Shown: positions 1 to 13,883 of the stretch, one piece after another
Numbering within the stretch: the first letter of the stretch is position 1
Layout of the letters: each line of letters opens with the position of its first letter
From: Leucoraja ocellata
Taxonomy: Eukaryota
Length of the DNA stretch: 64,000 nucleotides
Assembly: GCA_036785375.1 (NCBI GenBank)
Contig: JAWMAR010000033.1
Span: forward strand, 11,408,001-11,472,000
Direction: 5' to 3'
Notes under the pieces: model-generated
Seen by the model: only the letters and a program-made list of their open reading frames with translations
What the model was told of the DNA's origin: nothing
Databases searched by the model: none
Translations under genes and position numbers: made by a program

Positions 1-727
1 GACAGTGTTCCAATCAGCACCGGTTACTTTTAGTCAATGATTGTGACTCTTGAAATAATCACTTGCTAATGTGAACAAAACACTTAACTGGCACTGCTGC
101 AAAGTATAGATCTTTGTAGAAAGCATGCTGTGTATGCAAACCACACTTCCAATCCCAGCAACCAGTAAGAAGGCTGATGGTATGTTGACCCTTCTTACAA
201 GAGGGTTTGAATCCAAGAGATTTTGGATTGCGATTAATTTGATGGGACCACATTTAGAATATTATGCACAGGTCCACGTGTTGTTAAAGCTGTAGGTAAA
301 CGTGACATCATCTTGGATATAATCAGTTGAATGGCGGGAAAGACACAAAAGGCCACATGGTCTCCCTCTGCATCTTTTACTGCTCTCTCATTAACTTCTC
401 CTGGTTATTCATCGTCTCAGAATAAGGAAACAGTCTTTTAGAATTGTTTTTCTCTCAAATGTCTGTGATCCAAAAAGCCAGTGACTACTTGTTTTATATA
501 CTCAGTATACAGACTGACAAATGCTTGGATAGCCAGGGAAGTAAGGGACTTTAAAAAAAACTGACTAAACAGTCTATAGTAAGGAGAACCTGTAGATTTT
601 AGAAAGATATTAAAGGGCAAATATGGTAAATTAATGCATGATAATTGTCAATGTACCAGGCTAAAGAAATCTCACAGTATCTGACTACAGTTTCACAAAG
701 GCAGCATTAAGGTTAATACCTTATTTT

Positions 728-950
728 GTGTTTGAAGGAACTGCAAATGCTGATTTAAACCGAAGATAGACATAAAAAGCTGCAGTAACGCAGCGGGTCA
801 GACAACATCTCTGGAGAAAATGAGTAGGTGACGTTTCGGGTTCAGAGGTTCAGACTGAAGAAGGGTCTCGACCCGAAACATCACCTATTCCTTTTCCCCA
901 GAGATGTTGTCGGACCCGCTGAGTTACTGCAGCTTTTTGTGTCTATCTTC
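728..950. mobile_element. Short PLE-derived hairpin element with hammerhead core
   Basis: Inverted arms ~762-840 and ~871-950; core at 855-882; flanking repeat aataccttatttt (715-727) / aatactttatttt (951-963). Confidence 0.85.
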
Positions 951-1039
951 AATACTTTATTTTATCAGCTAAGATAGGATATATGATGTCATTTTGTATA
1001 TGCTTGAGTTGGATGGATGGTTCCGATCAACACTTTGCA

Positions 1040-1560
1040 GGAATGATATCACTGTACTGGAGAGGATACAGTCGAGGTTTATGAGGAAGTCGCCAGGACA
1101 TTGAATAGGTTGAGGTTATTTTCTGTGGAATAAAGGAAGCTAAAAGAAGGCTTAAATGGGATAAATATAATTATGACAAACCTAGATAGAGTAGATCAAC
1201 ACAGACAATAGCCAGAGAGCATTGATGTAAAATATTCAGTATAAGGATTAGAGAGGAACTCACCCAACGGAGGGAGTCCATGTGGAACTTCCTGTCTAAC
1301 AGGGCAATAGAAACCACAAGCTGCAGGACAGATAAAATGTATTTGGATATTCACATTAAACTCAGTGACCGACACAGCTGTGGACCAAGAATTGGAAATA
1401 TGGCTGACCCAGATATATGGAGGTGAATGGGCTTTAATTCTGTGGTTCTACAAAGCAATGGCATGTGGGGGTACAAGATCAGCCATGATCTTATTGATTA
1501 GAGGACAGGTTGACAGAGCCGTGACTTACTCCTGCTCCTGTTTTCTTGTGTTTATATGTT
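1040..1560 (+). mobile_element. Old decayed CR1 LINE 3' fragment
   Basis: LERIQSRFMR-like segment and gatcagccatgatc...tactcctgctcct 3'UTR. Confidence 0.6.
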
Positions 1561-4500
1561 CTAATTCTGTAAGTAGAGCGGGATATATGGTCTGTAAAAG
1601 TAGAAAAATGAGGAAAGAATCTGAATAAAGCTCTGACCAAATAATCAGAGGGAGATGTAAAATAGACTAATTGCAACATTATTTTTATTTTATGTAATTT
1701 CCAGGTTTACTCCACATAAATATGAAGCAACGGTGCTGAGGGTTTATCCTTTTCTGCAGCCTTGTTAAGGATTACAAATATGGAGCTCAAAAAGAGGATG
1801 TATTATTGTTAAAATTAAAGACATTAGCATTTGCCATTAGCTCCCCTTAAATGCGCATCTCCTTCACTTTCTTCTTAAAGGGTTTGCCATATACGGCAAA
1901 TGTAATCCCATAATGGTTCTGTGATCACTGAAGTGCTGCCGTTTCATTAGACGTAAATCAATTGTGTAACAAAACCTGAGCGGAAACAAATACACTCTGA
2001 AGTCAACCTGCTTGAACCATCCATTAACATATGACAGCCTTTTATTTGCATATTAGAATAGGCCTGGCCTCTCCAGGGACAGGTTAACCCTAGTGATAGC
2101 TACACTGCTAATGAGATTTAATTCCTTAATCCAATAAATAAATCGGCATGGCTGTATACAGTGGCTGTTTGAAAACTCTGCCAAGAAATGGCCAAAAGGC
2201 CATGATTATAAACATGTTTACATTCTACCACATTCCACTGAGAAAGCTTCACTACTGCTCTGGTCCAGTTCATCAATCATAACCAGGCGTTACACTTGGT
2301 ACTGTCAATAATTTGTTGTTCAATATTGCCCAAACATATGTACATAAGGCCAGGGGTTTCATTCTGTGCCCCGTTGAAAAACCTGAACTGACTGCACAGG
2401 ATTCTTAAACAAGTGCTTCCAGGCTAACCTCCACAATCAAATATATACACGGTAAAATGCATACAATGTAGAGCAAGGAAAACCAATAATTACTATCTGT
2501 TGGTGCTGTCTTAAGTTATGATAAATTGGATGTTCCAAATATTTCACATTTACTGACCCATAATCAGATAGTTTCATGTACACACCGCATGAAGATTTTT
2601 CTTTTACATTTAATAACTGAAAACACATTCCCAAAGATCTAATTTAAAATTTGATATTTTTAACACACTATTAGAATTTTGTTGGCAATCTATTTTATCA
2701 TGCCAACCATGCATTTTGTTTTAAGAATGTAGCTTTCAAAATCATATTATGGATGAACATTTAATCGAAACACTTCATAATGACATGACTAAGTAATGCA
2801 GGGGAAAGAAAAATCAGCTTATTAAAAATGTGCATGACAAACGACGGCTTTGAATGTTTTGATATTATTTATGGCAATTTATCATGGTTGTTACATTTTT
2901 GCAATTTTTGTTAAATAAGTAAAAATACCCAATTTTATCAAATAATGTTAATATTGAACAAAAAATATCCTCCAAATGGAACTGAAAATATAAATTCATG
3001 TATCAGGAGACATTTTGGTCTTGATTTTATTTTTAAGAGTTTGTTGGCAGTAAAGGGTTGGGTGAGGAGATGTACATAATTCATTTTCCCAGCAGGCACA
3101 TCAGTTCCCCAAATATCGGGACATCAAGGGCAGCAATTGGGCCCCTGGGCAGGGCACCATCCAGAGAAATGTCGCCCAATATTCAGAAGTTGTGGCTCAT
3201 GATGCGATTGACATGTGACTTTAACTCAAGCGGATTCCTAGACTATCTTCAGCTGGATACACAATAGGAACTGCAGAGAAGATGTTTCACTGTACCTCAG
3301 TACACGTGGAAATAAAATAAACTGGGTATATCTGACAAACATCCATTTGATTGAACTTCTCATTACTCAGAATGTAAGCATTCTGCCCAAACTCCACAAG
3401 GATAGCTAAAAACAAACTGCTGGAGGAACTCAGCGGGCCAGGCAGCATCCGTTGATTTAAATAGTCAGATGACATTTCAAGTCTGGACCTTTCTTCAGAG
3501 AATCACATCAGTAGGTTTAGACAAGAACATTAATGAACAATTCACAGCTCCTCAGTGAATGTTACAAGATCATCCAAAAAATACAATTTATAAAAGAACG
3601 AATGTTTACTGTGTAGAAATGTTAATAGAACATGAAATAATATGCTGGAGAAACGTAGCAGGTTGAGCAGCATCTGTGGGTCAAGAACCAACAATGTTTC
3701 AGATAGAAAGCCTACATCAGTACGCAGCTTGGCCTGTTGACTTCCTCCACCAAATTGTTTGTCGTTCCAAATTTGAGCATCTGCAGTCTCTAGTGTCTTC
3801 AGTTAATAGAACATATTTGACTATGAGCACGTTGTGTGTGGTAGTTTGCATCAGCTGATACTGCAGTAGCCTCAATCTCGGCCGTGCTGTTACTGTGACA
3901 CATTTAGATGAGGCTCTATATCTCTCATGAGTATTCTTAATCAAAGAATCAAGGGCTGTTACAAAGGCTATTCACTTGGAGGAATCAAGTGTATCTAAGC
4001 AGTGGAAGGCCTACTCAATGGAATGTAGTAAGAAACAATTTGGTGTTAAATAGACTTCTTAGGCTGTCATTAAAGCAGCAGGTGCTTCCCACAGAGAGGG
4101 TTGGTCTTGCACTCACAACTCAGTAACACATTTAAAAAGCAGTCTGCTTGGGATTGAGAACAGGTTGCTACTTTACCCAGTCTAACTATGATGGGATGTG
4201 GCCGGAGAAATGCAAGGAAACAGCACACATTGAAAACGAAATGAGTGTCGAAACAAGAAATAAGGAAAAGATTAAGGATAAAGAATTGTTGCAGAATTTG
4301 CAACAAAATTAATTGTGTGGGAAGTTAATATCCGCTTCAATCAACTGATCTGTGTAAATTATTGCCTCGTCCACTTCTGATAGAGAAAGCCCATGGATCT
4401 CTATATTTTAATTTCAACCAGTGGTAACATGGAAGTGATTTTCCCCAAACCTATTTATTTACAGCAGGAATCACGATAGGAACATTACATTGGAAAACAT

Positions 4501-7500
4501 TTACTAATTTAGATTTTAGTGAATTAGTTTTAAGGAATATTTTTGAGCAGCATGAGTTTTCATAATTACTGTAAGGTAAACTATTAATGTACCTGTAAAA
4601 TTATGTTATTTCTTTACCAATCGTAAAATGCTGGATATTTGAATCTCTAACTTGTTACATTCCACAAGTAGACCAGCGATAAGAACCAGACCCTCCGTAG
4701 TCAGTAACTAAACTGATGATAGTTATGAAAAACACATTTCATCAAATGTAATATTTTCATTATATATTTTTTTCACTTGGTTATATAATCCTAGATCACA
4801 TGACTATCACCAGGTGAGTGGATAGTTTGGCAGGAGTGACAATGCCTTTCATAAACCATCTCCATGCTAAGTATGATTCAAGTTCGGCACGGACTTGTAG
4901 GGCCGAGATGGTCTGTTTCCGTGCTGTAATTGTTATATGTTATATGATTACTTACCAAATTGCTCACCTGCTTGAAACCAAAGCAATGTAAAATGTGAGG
5001 AACAGATTTAGAAAATGTGTTGACTCAAGTCAAATTGATGAAGCAAAGCCGACACTAGGGTGCAGGGGGACTTTTGCAAACATGGACTCATTCATCCAAC
5101 CTGTATGCGGAATTTTGATTAGGCAATGTTAAATGATTCTTAGTGTTTTATGGCTTTGTAGTGGATGGGGTTAAAGTCCAAATGAAACAAATTTCACAAG
5201 ATACAGTTTCACTCTTCAAGGCATAATGTACAATAACAAAATACTTGCTGCTTTATTTAAATTATATTTGGAGATTATAAAATATGCTTAATTGTTGTTT
5301 TTAGTACATGTTCTATATCTGGTTTAGAAGTAAATGGCAGCAGTGAGTTTTATTTTAACTGTCAATGTGGAATCAGAACTAGTAACGGCAGCAAGAGTTG
5401 CCTGTGATGTTCATGTCCATTGTGTTTCTTTTGTTGCCATGACTTCATGCACCAGTTAGATTTCTGCATTTCCTTCTTCTTTTGTCTGGGTGGCAAACGC
5501 TAATGGCTAAAGATTCATGTTTACATTGTGAATACATTGGGGTGGAGAGGGTTAATTTCAATGTTTTTAATACACTCTTATGTGACAAATACGCACTCGC
5601 TGTCTCTTGGTTTGTCTTTCAACAATTTCCTTCGAGAGACAAATACCTAACATTTGTGAACTAACTGCCAGTGCATCACATTGTGTAGCAATGCAAAAGT
5701 CAACCTCTAATCCTTACTGAACATCCAGCTGTATTAAACCGTGTCACACATAAATCCATCTGTATTTATTTCTGGACAAAAAACAAGGCCCATCCTACAT
5801 CCCTACAAAATTATGTGATGAAAGATTGGACAAGTTCACTTTGGTGGTGGGAAATGTGAGCAGAATGATCCATATACACTGAGGTTTCAGGGAAAAAAAG
5901 TACAGAAATCTACAAATAATTAAAATAGTATAAAGTTAATTTATCAACATTGTAATTACAAAAAGAGCATTTCAATTTTTCTCATTTGTTGATGTCTGGA
6001 CAAGAATTACTGGAACCCGACTCCAGCAAAACTTGGGCAGATATTAATTTCTTTACTTAGATCCACTGTCCTCTTGTCCGTCTACCATTTTAAACAGGTC
6101 ATGCTACCATCAGTGGAATATTTACTGATAATCACTTTAGTTATCTACCTCTTTCCACCCATTAAAGAAACTTTGTGTTCAATGATTTTAATTAGTGGGC
6201 AAATATGAATAAATATTTATGATACAAAAATCACAACACCACAAACTTTTTGTCCCTGAGTTTCATGGTCCCCGAATAAAAATGGTTAGCATTACAAGAA
6301 TATTACTGACTCATGCAGAATGCTCGGATCTTGCTTGCATCTATCAGAGAACTCTTTCTACTTTGCAGTAACCTTTCGCCCCCAAGTACTGGTTTTCTCA
6401 GTAACCTATTAATACCACTCTGAAAAAATATTTGTGAGGATACTGTTTTTTTTAAATAAAACTGCAATTTATATGCTTGCATTTAAAAAAAAAAGTGTCA
6501 GTTGTAGAGAGTATAATTTATCACCTTGCTGTTGGCAGGTGCAGTGGAATTCTGCAGAGTGGAAACTGTTTTATTCTGTAATAACCCAGAGCCCTGAGTG
6601 GAGGCGGAGATGAAGGAATAATTGGAAATAAAACTTCATGATGCAGAAAATAAAAAGGAGATTAAACAGATGTGCATGTTTTAAGGATCATTGGTTTTGT
6701 CCTTTTGCAAATCACAGTATTTTAAGCCAAGCCTCCTGTTCATTTACATTAACTTAAAGCTGTACCATTTCAGGGAAGCAATAACCACTAATACAGTGAT
6801 TATACAGTGCTCATGTGGACGTTAAACATGGTATACTTGAAAATATACTTATTTTAATTTTGTGCAACATGCAAACATTTTCTCCATGAGGATTAAGTAA
6901 CAGAGTTCGCACCTAGTACAAAATAAATCAAATTAGATTCAAATACAAACCAGATATCTGCATTAGTAAAAATGCAAGGCTCAGTTTGATTTTTGCGGGC
7001 ATTTGCTCTGAAGTGGTGATACCATGATACTGACTTACATAGGTTGGAGACAGAGAGAAATGGAATTATCCCCAATGATACATTTTGATTCCAACTTAAG
7101 ATGCTGACCAAGATGAAATGCTGCAGAACCGATAACTCCCCACATGCTCTCAACCAAATTATACGTGTAATCCTTAAAGGTTAATGAAAATATCCGGAAG
7201 CAGCTAACTCACCTGTTTTATACGACGGAATATTTGGGGGGGAGGGGGGAGGAAATCTACGTTATGTGATCTGGTGATTAGTTGATAAGAACATTCTTCT
7301 AAAATAATTTCCTTGCTCTAAATAATCTCTATCATTAGAAAAAAAGCAACTATTCTTAGCTGTTTAACTGGGGAGATAAAGAGAGGTAATCGGAGTTTGC
7401 AATTCCTAACTCTGATTCTTCTCAATTTTTTAATTATAATGGTGATGGTTCAGTAAACTGGAAAAGCTCTGGCTGTATATAACATTTCCTGAATATATGT

Positions 7501-8811
7501 CAGGAAACTGCAATAAATAATGTTGCAATTACCAAAGGCAATAATGTCCAATGAACAGGAGGCGGGTACATTTCCAAAACAGGAAAATCTAGTCTTGTAT
7601 TTTTTTTCTTTGTCCCAATTCTCATCCACTTCATCACTCATCAAGGTGTTGAATCATTTTGGTGAATGCTTCTTTGATTGGAAGTTGCCAAAGACAATGA
7701 GCATAGACTGATTATCCAACCATCGAGAACTCAAATCCTATTGTCATTCTCCAGCAGATATCACAGTGATTTTGTGATGAGAGGAACAGCTAATTTCCCC
7801 TCTTACATGACTTTGGGGCACGATCCAATCATGCGTGTTACTGCTACCCTCAATCAACTAATTCACCACAGCTATGTATCCTTTTAAAATTTGCTCACTA
7901 CTTCATCCATCAGTTATATCTTCCCCTTGGCCCTCATCTCGTGTCACTAGTTATACATGAGATAAAGGCTGGGATTTCTGGGCACCAGAGCCAAATGAGC
8001 TAAAGGACCGAACCTTCAAACACATGAAGATTCATACATATATTCCACAAAGAATGCCAATATATTTTACACATTTTCTGCCTTGTAGCGCTGTGCAGTT
8101 GCCTAAACCTATTGCCTAAACAAGCAACCATATCCTTTAATTACTGAACCTCTCCACAATGATCAGAGGGACTTCATGCATCTTTCCCCCATAAGAATAA
8201 GGACTAATCCAGCTGCTTCCCCGCCTAGAATCAATTATATACGGTGTGTTTTCCCCACAGCTGCCCAGGTGTTCTCTGAGCTACTTGTCTTGACTACTTG
8301 CCACTACAATGTTCATTGCCAGGTATATGGCTCGACAAGGTTACATAGTCTCCTTGTTCTTGGTGCTTTCCCCATGCCAGGCCCTTCTATATATAATATA
8401 TAACGCCATTTGACACCTCTGCTGTCTCTATATCATCGAACTTGTTCTTCATTATTCCTCCAATTAAAGTCAGGAAACACTGGTTTGATCATTTATACAT
8501 GAAGTGTACTAACCCTGCCGACAGACTGGTGCTGAACCATGCTGCTGCAAAGCTGTATTCACCAACACATTGTTGAGCTTCAACTACTGTATGGCTGCAA
8601 ATTCATCACAACTTCACAAAACTGAGCTGTGGGGCGAGAAATCTGGGCCGATTCCAGAAAACCATAAATTAACTAGCCTTTCATGTAATGAGAAAGAGGG
8701 TGAGGTAAGATTTAGTTTGGAATTTTGCTTTCAATCAATTCTGAAAGTCCTCCTGGAAATGGAGCCATGTTTTAACATTTGTTTAATGTGAGTTCACAGC
8801 AACACAAATAA

Positions 8812-8912
8812 GGTGTAGGAATGAACTGCAGATGCTGGTTTAAACCGAAGATAGACACAAAAAGCTGGAGTAACTCAGCGGGACAGGCAGCATCTCTGGA
8901 GAGAAGGAATAG
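8812..8912 (-). mobile_element. Short PLE-derived element, truncated solo
   Basis: Family consensus; perfect 13-bp flanking repeat gcaacacaaataa at 8799-8811 and 8913-8925. Confidence 0.85.
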
Positions 8913-8967
8913 GCAACACAAATAATGTTTGCTGAGTCTTCCACACCCATTGCCCTGTCCTTAGACC

Positions 8968-9434
8968 CACTCACCTACCCCCACACAAACGCACCCACAC
9001 ACACACAGCCACATACACATATACCCACACAAACACTCACACACACACCCACACAAACACACCCACACGCACACAGCCACACACACAGCCACATACACAC
9101 ATACCCACACAAACTCACACAAACACACTCACACAAACACCCACACCCACACAAACGCACCCACACACACACCGCCACATACACACACACCCACACAAAC
9201 ACTCACACACACACCCACACAAACACACCCACACACACACAGCCACACACACACACATACCCACAAACACACTCACACAAAAACATACACGCACACAAAC
9301 ACAGCCACGCACACATTCCCACACAAACACGCCCACATACACACACAGCCACACACACACACACGCACACAGCCACACACACAGCCACACACACACACAC
9401 AGCCACACACACACAAACACACAGCCACATACAT
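8968..9434. repeat. CA-rich degenerate microsatellite
   Basis: (CA)n interrupted by ccc/aaa/gcc. Confidence 0.95.
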
Positions 9435-11612
9435 TTTAAGGTCACTTTTTTAATTCACCAGTTGGAATTCCTGGTGTGAAGAGACTTTTAGAAAATGAAC
9501 AAGGAAGCTGAAGTGGGCAGCTGACAGCTTTAGCATGAAGGAGGCAAGTCATTTGTTCTTGAGCAGCCAACCAGGAGAAGAATGAGAGTCAGAAGGATCC
9601 CCATTTTGTCCAAGCATTGTCAAATCAGTGAAAGTAAATCTATAAAAAGTGCCACACGTTGGGGAAAGTTACTTTGCAGAGAATAATCCTCTCCTCTGAA
9701 CTCTTTCAGCTAAGTGTCTGTTGGAGAGTACATTTACGTTTTAATACTCCTCATTAAAAGGCACCTCATTTATGTTCCTTGTAATTGTTCAAAAAGTAAA
9801 TGTTTTTTCTTTTTTTCCTTCTATACCTTTAACCTTCAATTTTCTTTCTTTACTTTCCAATTGGAAGTTGCTTTCCTTCATTCCCAGCTGGCTCTCCCTT
9901 TTTGGGGACATCTGCAAATTGACGTTCCTTGACCAAGTGTTATCCGGAGAAGTTTTTGTCACAAGCAGCATAATTTAAAATGTAGATTTTTTCATGAACA
10001 AGGCATTTTTGACCTACACTGATGTCAATGTTTCCATGAACATCAGAGTGTGTCAGTGTTACAAACTTTGTTCAGTGGTTAGCAGTCATATTTCTGAGGC
10101 AGAAAGTTGTGGGATTTAAGTACATCAGAACAAATTCCACTATGATATTAATGTGTTAAGAGACTGGTGCATTGCAAGGAATGATATGTTTATGAACTAG
10201 ATGTTAAATCAAGGCAGTATTTGCCTGTTTAAATGATCAACGAACCTGTGGCTCTAATTGAAGAGGACAACTTTTTCTGTTCAACTGTCTTTAATCAACC
10301 AAGATCACTAAAGACAGATTAAATAGTCATTCATCTCATTGTGGATCATGGAATTATAGTGTGCAATGTGACTCATGTGTGGATATTTCAAAATAATTGA
10401 ATTAAGTACGTGAGCATGTGGATATAATGAAATGTGTCTTTCCTAGAAAGAAAAATGTTGCTTCACCCAAATACCATTGTTTGCCTGATGTTGACAACCG
10501 CTGAGAGACAGGAGCCAGCTCCTCACGTTGAGAACTGTGAAAAACAATAATGCCTCCATATTCCATAACATCTGTGGGAAAATATACTTTTTATTTTGGT
10601 GTAAATTGTTATTTTTGTCCTTTTCTTAGCTTCTATTGAAATATCCTGTCACTGACTGATGAATGATTTCACAGTCCGTCTTTCTCGCTAAGTAACTATT
10701 CTTCCTGCACAAACATGGACGGCCACAATCCATGCAGGGCCTCACAGTTATATCAATTGCCCATATGTTTCTTTAAGCAGAAACCATAAATGTACTGTAC
10801 TTCCATCAGGGTTTCTGAAATAATGATCTGGAGTGGAGGCTGGGAGATCTCTCTCCTCCCACTGCATACCCAAATGGTTGTGTGTTTGAACGGATGATTT
10901 TTTTTGCGGAGTCGTATTTTCCCAAAGCAGAATCAGAGAGGAATTCCACAAAGGTAAGAGCTGGCAAGATGCTCTTATGGGAAGAGCTGTTGCATTTGCA
11001 GAGACAGTAAATGACTAAACATACAGCTATTCAAGCATGTGATATAACAGAGCACTACTGTGCTTCTCAGCTCTAATGCCTCTCAGTTTTACATCCGGCC
11101 TCTTTCAGTAGACTTGTTTTCAGACAATGGACGTACATTGAGGTAAATTTTCTATTCTAACAATGAATGCATCATTTCATCGTCAGGCAAATAAGCAGGT
11201 CACTTGTTTTCCATTTTGTGGTAAACCATAAAGACCAGCTGAAAAACAACGTTACACATTCACTGTTAATTTGCGTGAAACGATAGGTCAGTCATGATGA
11301 GTAATATTTTATACATGGTGATATTCAGCATTTATTTTAAAGATGTTCATATATCAAGCAGAATAAATAACTGGCACATTTGTCATTGACTGAAACATCT
11401 TATCTTCATAATTAAAATGCAAACCTTCACTGTGTCTGTCCAGGCACAGAATAGTCTCGCTGTATACTTCCCCTCTGGAATGTTAATGGGAAGTGCAGTC
11501 AAATTAATGGAATTAGCTCATTCTTATTCAGGTTAATGTGGTTTTATTAGGTCTCGTGAATCAGCACCTAGTAAATATTAAAATCAGATATCTCAGATAT
11601 CTTGATGATTTA

Positions 11613-11780
11613 TGTAGGAAGGAACTGCAGATGCTGGTTTAAACCGAAGATTGACACAAAACGCTGGAGTAACTCAGCGGGACAGGCAGCATCTGTGGAG
11701 AGAAGGAATGGGTGACGTTTCGGGTAGAGAACCTTCTTTCCTGTCCCGCTGAGTTACTTCAGATGTTGGAGTCTATCTTC
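11613..11780. mobile_element. Short PLE-derived hairpin element, internally deleted
   Basis: Tail plus full arm, then a partial inverted arm (cctgtcccgctgagttac...tctatcttc). Confidence 0.8.
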
Positions 11781-12093
11781 AAAAGAGTAACTGTTGGGTC
11801 TGTATTCCTGCGACTAATGTTTATTTTATTTAACAAAACAAAATGAGGCAAATATGTGAAAACATAAAAGCATCTGTTTAGGAATTGATTAGTCCCATAC
11901 CCTTACTTCAACACAAATATCTGCTGGTAATCCCATTCTACAGGGTCAGGTGGTAGCACATGGTGGAAACACAAGTGCAGCCATTCAGATGTTAGTATCT
12001 ATGTGGAGATAAACCCAGGCTGATCAAAAAGTATTATTTATTTCCTAGGAAGAGGATAATCTTCTCCAGGGACAGAGATGCTAACAGTAAACT

Positions 12094-12675
12094 GATGTGA
12101 CCATGATGCCATGTGCCATGTGACTGAGATGCCATGTGACTGATGTGCCATGTGACTGAGATGCCATGTGCCATGTGACTGAGATGCCATGTGACTGATG
12201 TGACATGTGCCATGATGTCATGTGACCATGTGACTGAGATGCCATGTAACCATGATGCCATGTGACCATGTAACTGAGATGCCATGTGACAGGTGCCATG
12301 TAACTGAGATGCCATGTGACCATGATGTCATGTGACTGAGATGCCATGTGACCATGATGTCATGTGACGATGATGACATGTGACTGAGATGCCATGTAAC
12401 CATGATGTCATGTGACCATGATGTCATGTGACCATGATGTCAAGTGACTGAGATGCCATGTAACCATGATGTCATGTGACCATGATGTCATGTGACCATG
12501 ATGCCATGTGACCATGATGCCATGTAACCATGATGTCATGTGACCATGATGACATGTGATTGAGATGCCATGTGACTTAGATGCCATGTGACAGGTGCCA
12601 TGTAACAATGATGTCATGTGACCATGATGTCATGTGACCATGATGACATGTGACTGAGATGCCATGACAGGTGAC
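12094..12675. repeat. Mosaic minisatellite of ~8-nt modules (catgtgac / tgagatgc / catgatgt)
   Basis: Read directly from the sequence. Confidence 0.95.
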
Positions 12676-13883
12676 GGTCGAATAACAGAGACTCTTCGAA
12701 TCAACATCATCTATTTTAAATTGGAAATGTTGTGAAAAATCATATTGAGTAGATAGATAACATTAAGTTTCTGTTCCAGAATACGATATCCCAATTGGAA
12801 ATGCCTGATCCAATTTCCAGAGTGGCAAGCAAGAAAGAGGCAATGCCACAACACTCCTGGTTAAACCCATTTTCAGTCACAAGGAGCTGCGTCTGCGTGC
12901 AATCTAATTTTTGGGCCATTATGGATAAATTCCTCTCTAAATTCTGAAGGAAAGAAATGAAAAATCTTGGAAAAAATCTATAGGTTTTAAGCCTCCCACC
13001 TAGCTATTATTATTCCAGTTGGGTTCTGAAAGTAAATTCAAACTGCTGCTAACGTTTGTTGACTTGTGAATTCCTCTTTGTTAATTAAGTTAAAAAATCA
13101 TTGTCACTTTTCATTAGCTAAGCTGCGCCGAGTAACATGACAGACCTCCCATGCCTTGTTTTATTTGAAACCTGATTTTTTAATGACATGTGATGCAATA
13201 TATTGTTCCTCATACCTAATTAGTCTGCAAACACAAAGGACAAACACAGTAATATCAGTGGTGTGTAACATGGCTCAGAGCAATTGCTTAGTGGTCCTTA
13301 GAAAAGGTAACTATTAAAAGGACAGGAAAAAAACTTGTTGTTTAGAATCCTGACTGCCTGTGTGTAGGAGCTGGACAAAGAAATCAATGTGGCATCACCA
13401 ACTTGTCTAAATGTTTATGGCATTTGTATAAAACGCTGTCTCTGCATCAGCAGAATGTACCCAAACTGCTCCTAATTAGGAATGGGAGTATGCTTTCCAA
13501 GTCTAATGGCCATCCCATTAATCTACAGAATGTGTGTGTATACATCATTATTGGTCTATGGCCTTACCAATTATAGACTTACAATAACCAATCAAATAAT
13601 GATTTCTGGGATATAATAATATTGTAAATATATTTCTACCAGTCTTTCATCAAGCACAACCACACATTTGATAATTTCATTGCATTTTTGAAGACTCCTA
13701 CACCCATTTTTAAAATGATATTTCTCATTTCATTAAGTCCTTCACAACAATTCAGTGAACATGAGAACAGACAGATGAATGTTCAGTATTGGTACTCATT
13801 GCCCATGAATAAAGTTTACACACCATCTTGATTGAACTGTCTGACAGGTTTTCTTCTTTCCTTAAAGAGAAATATCCTGAGTT

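Noticed and set aside
728-950. Hairpins as MITEs or pre-miRNAs
   Set aside because: Multi-copy, asymmetric tail, variable-length TSDs and solo arms fit PLE retro-insertions better.
8925-9479. His/Thr-rich and Cys/Val-rich ORFs
   Set aside because: Translations of a CA microsatellite.
12034-12617. His/Met/Trp-rich ORFs; CRISPR-like appearance of the tandem arrays
   Set aside because: Tandem modules without unique spacers, in eukaryotic DNA with no cas genes.
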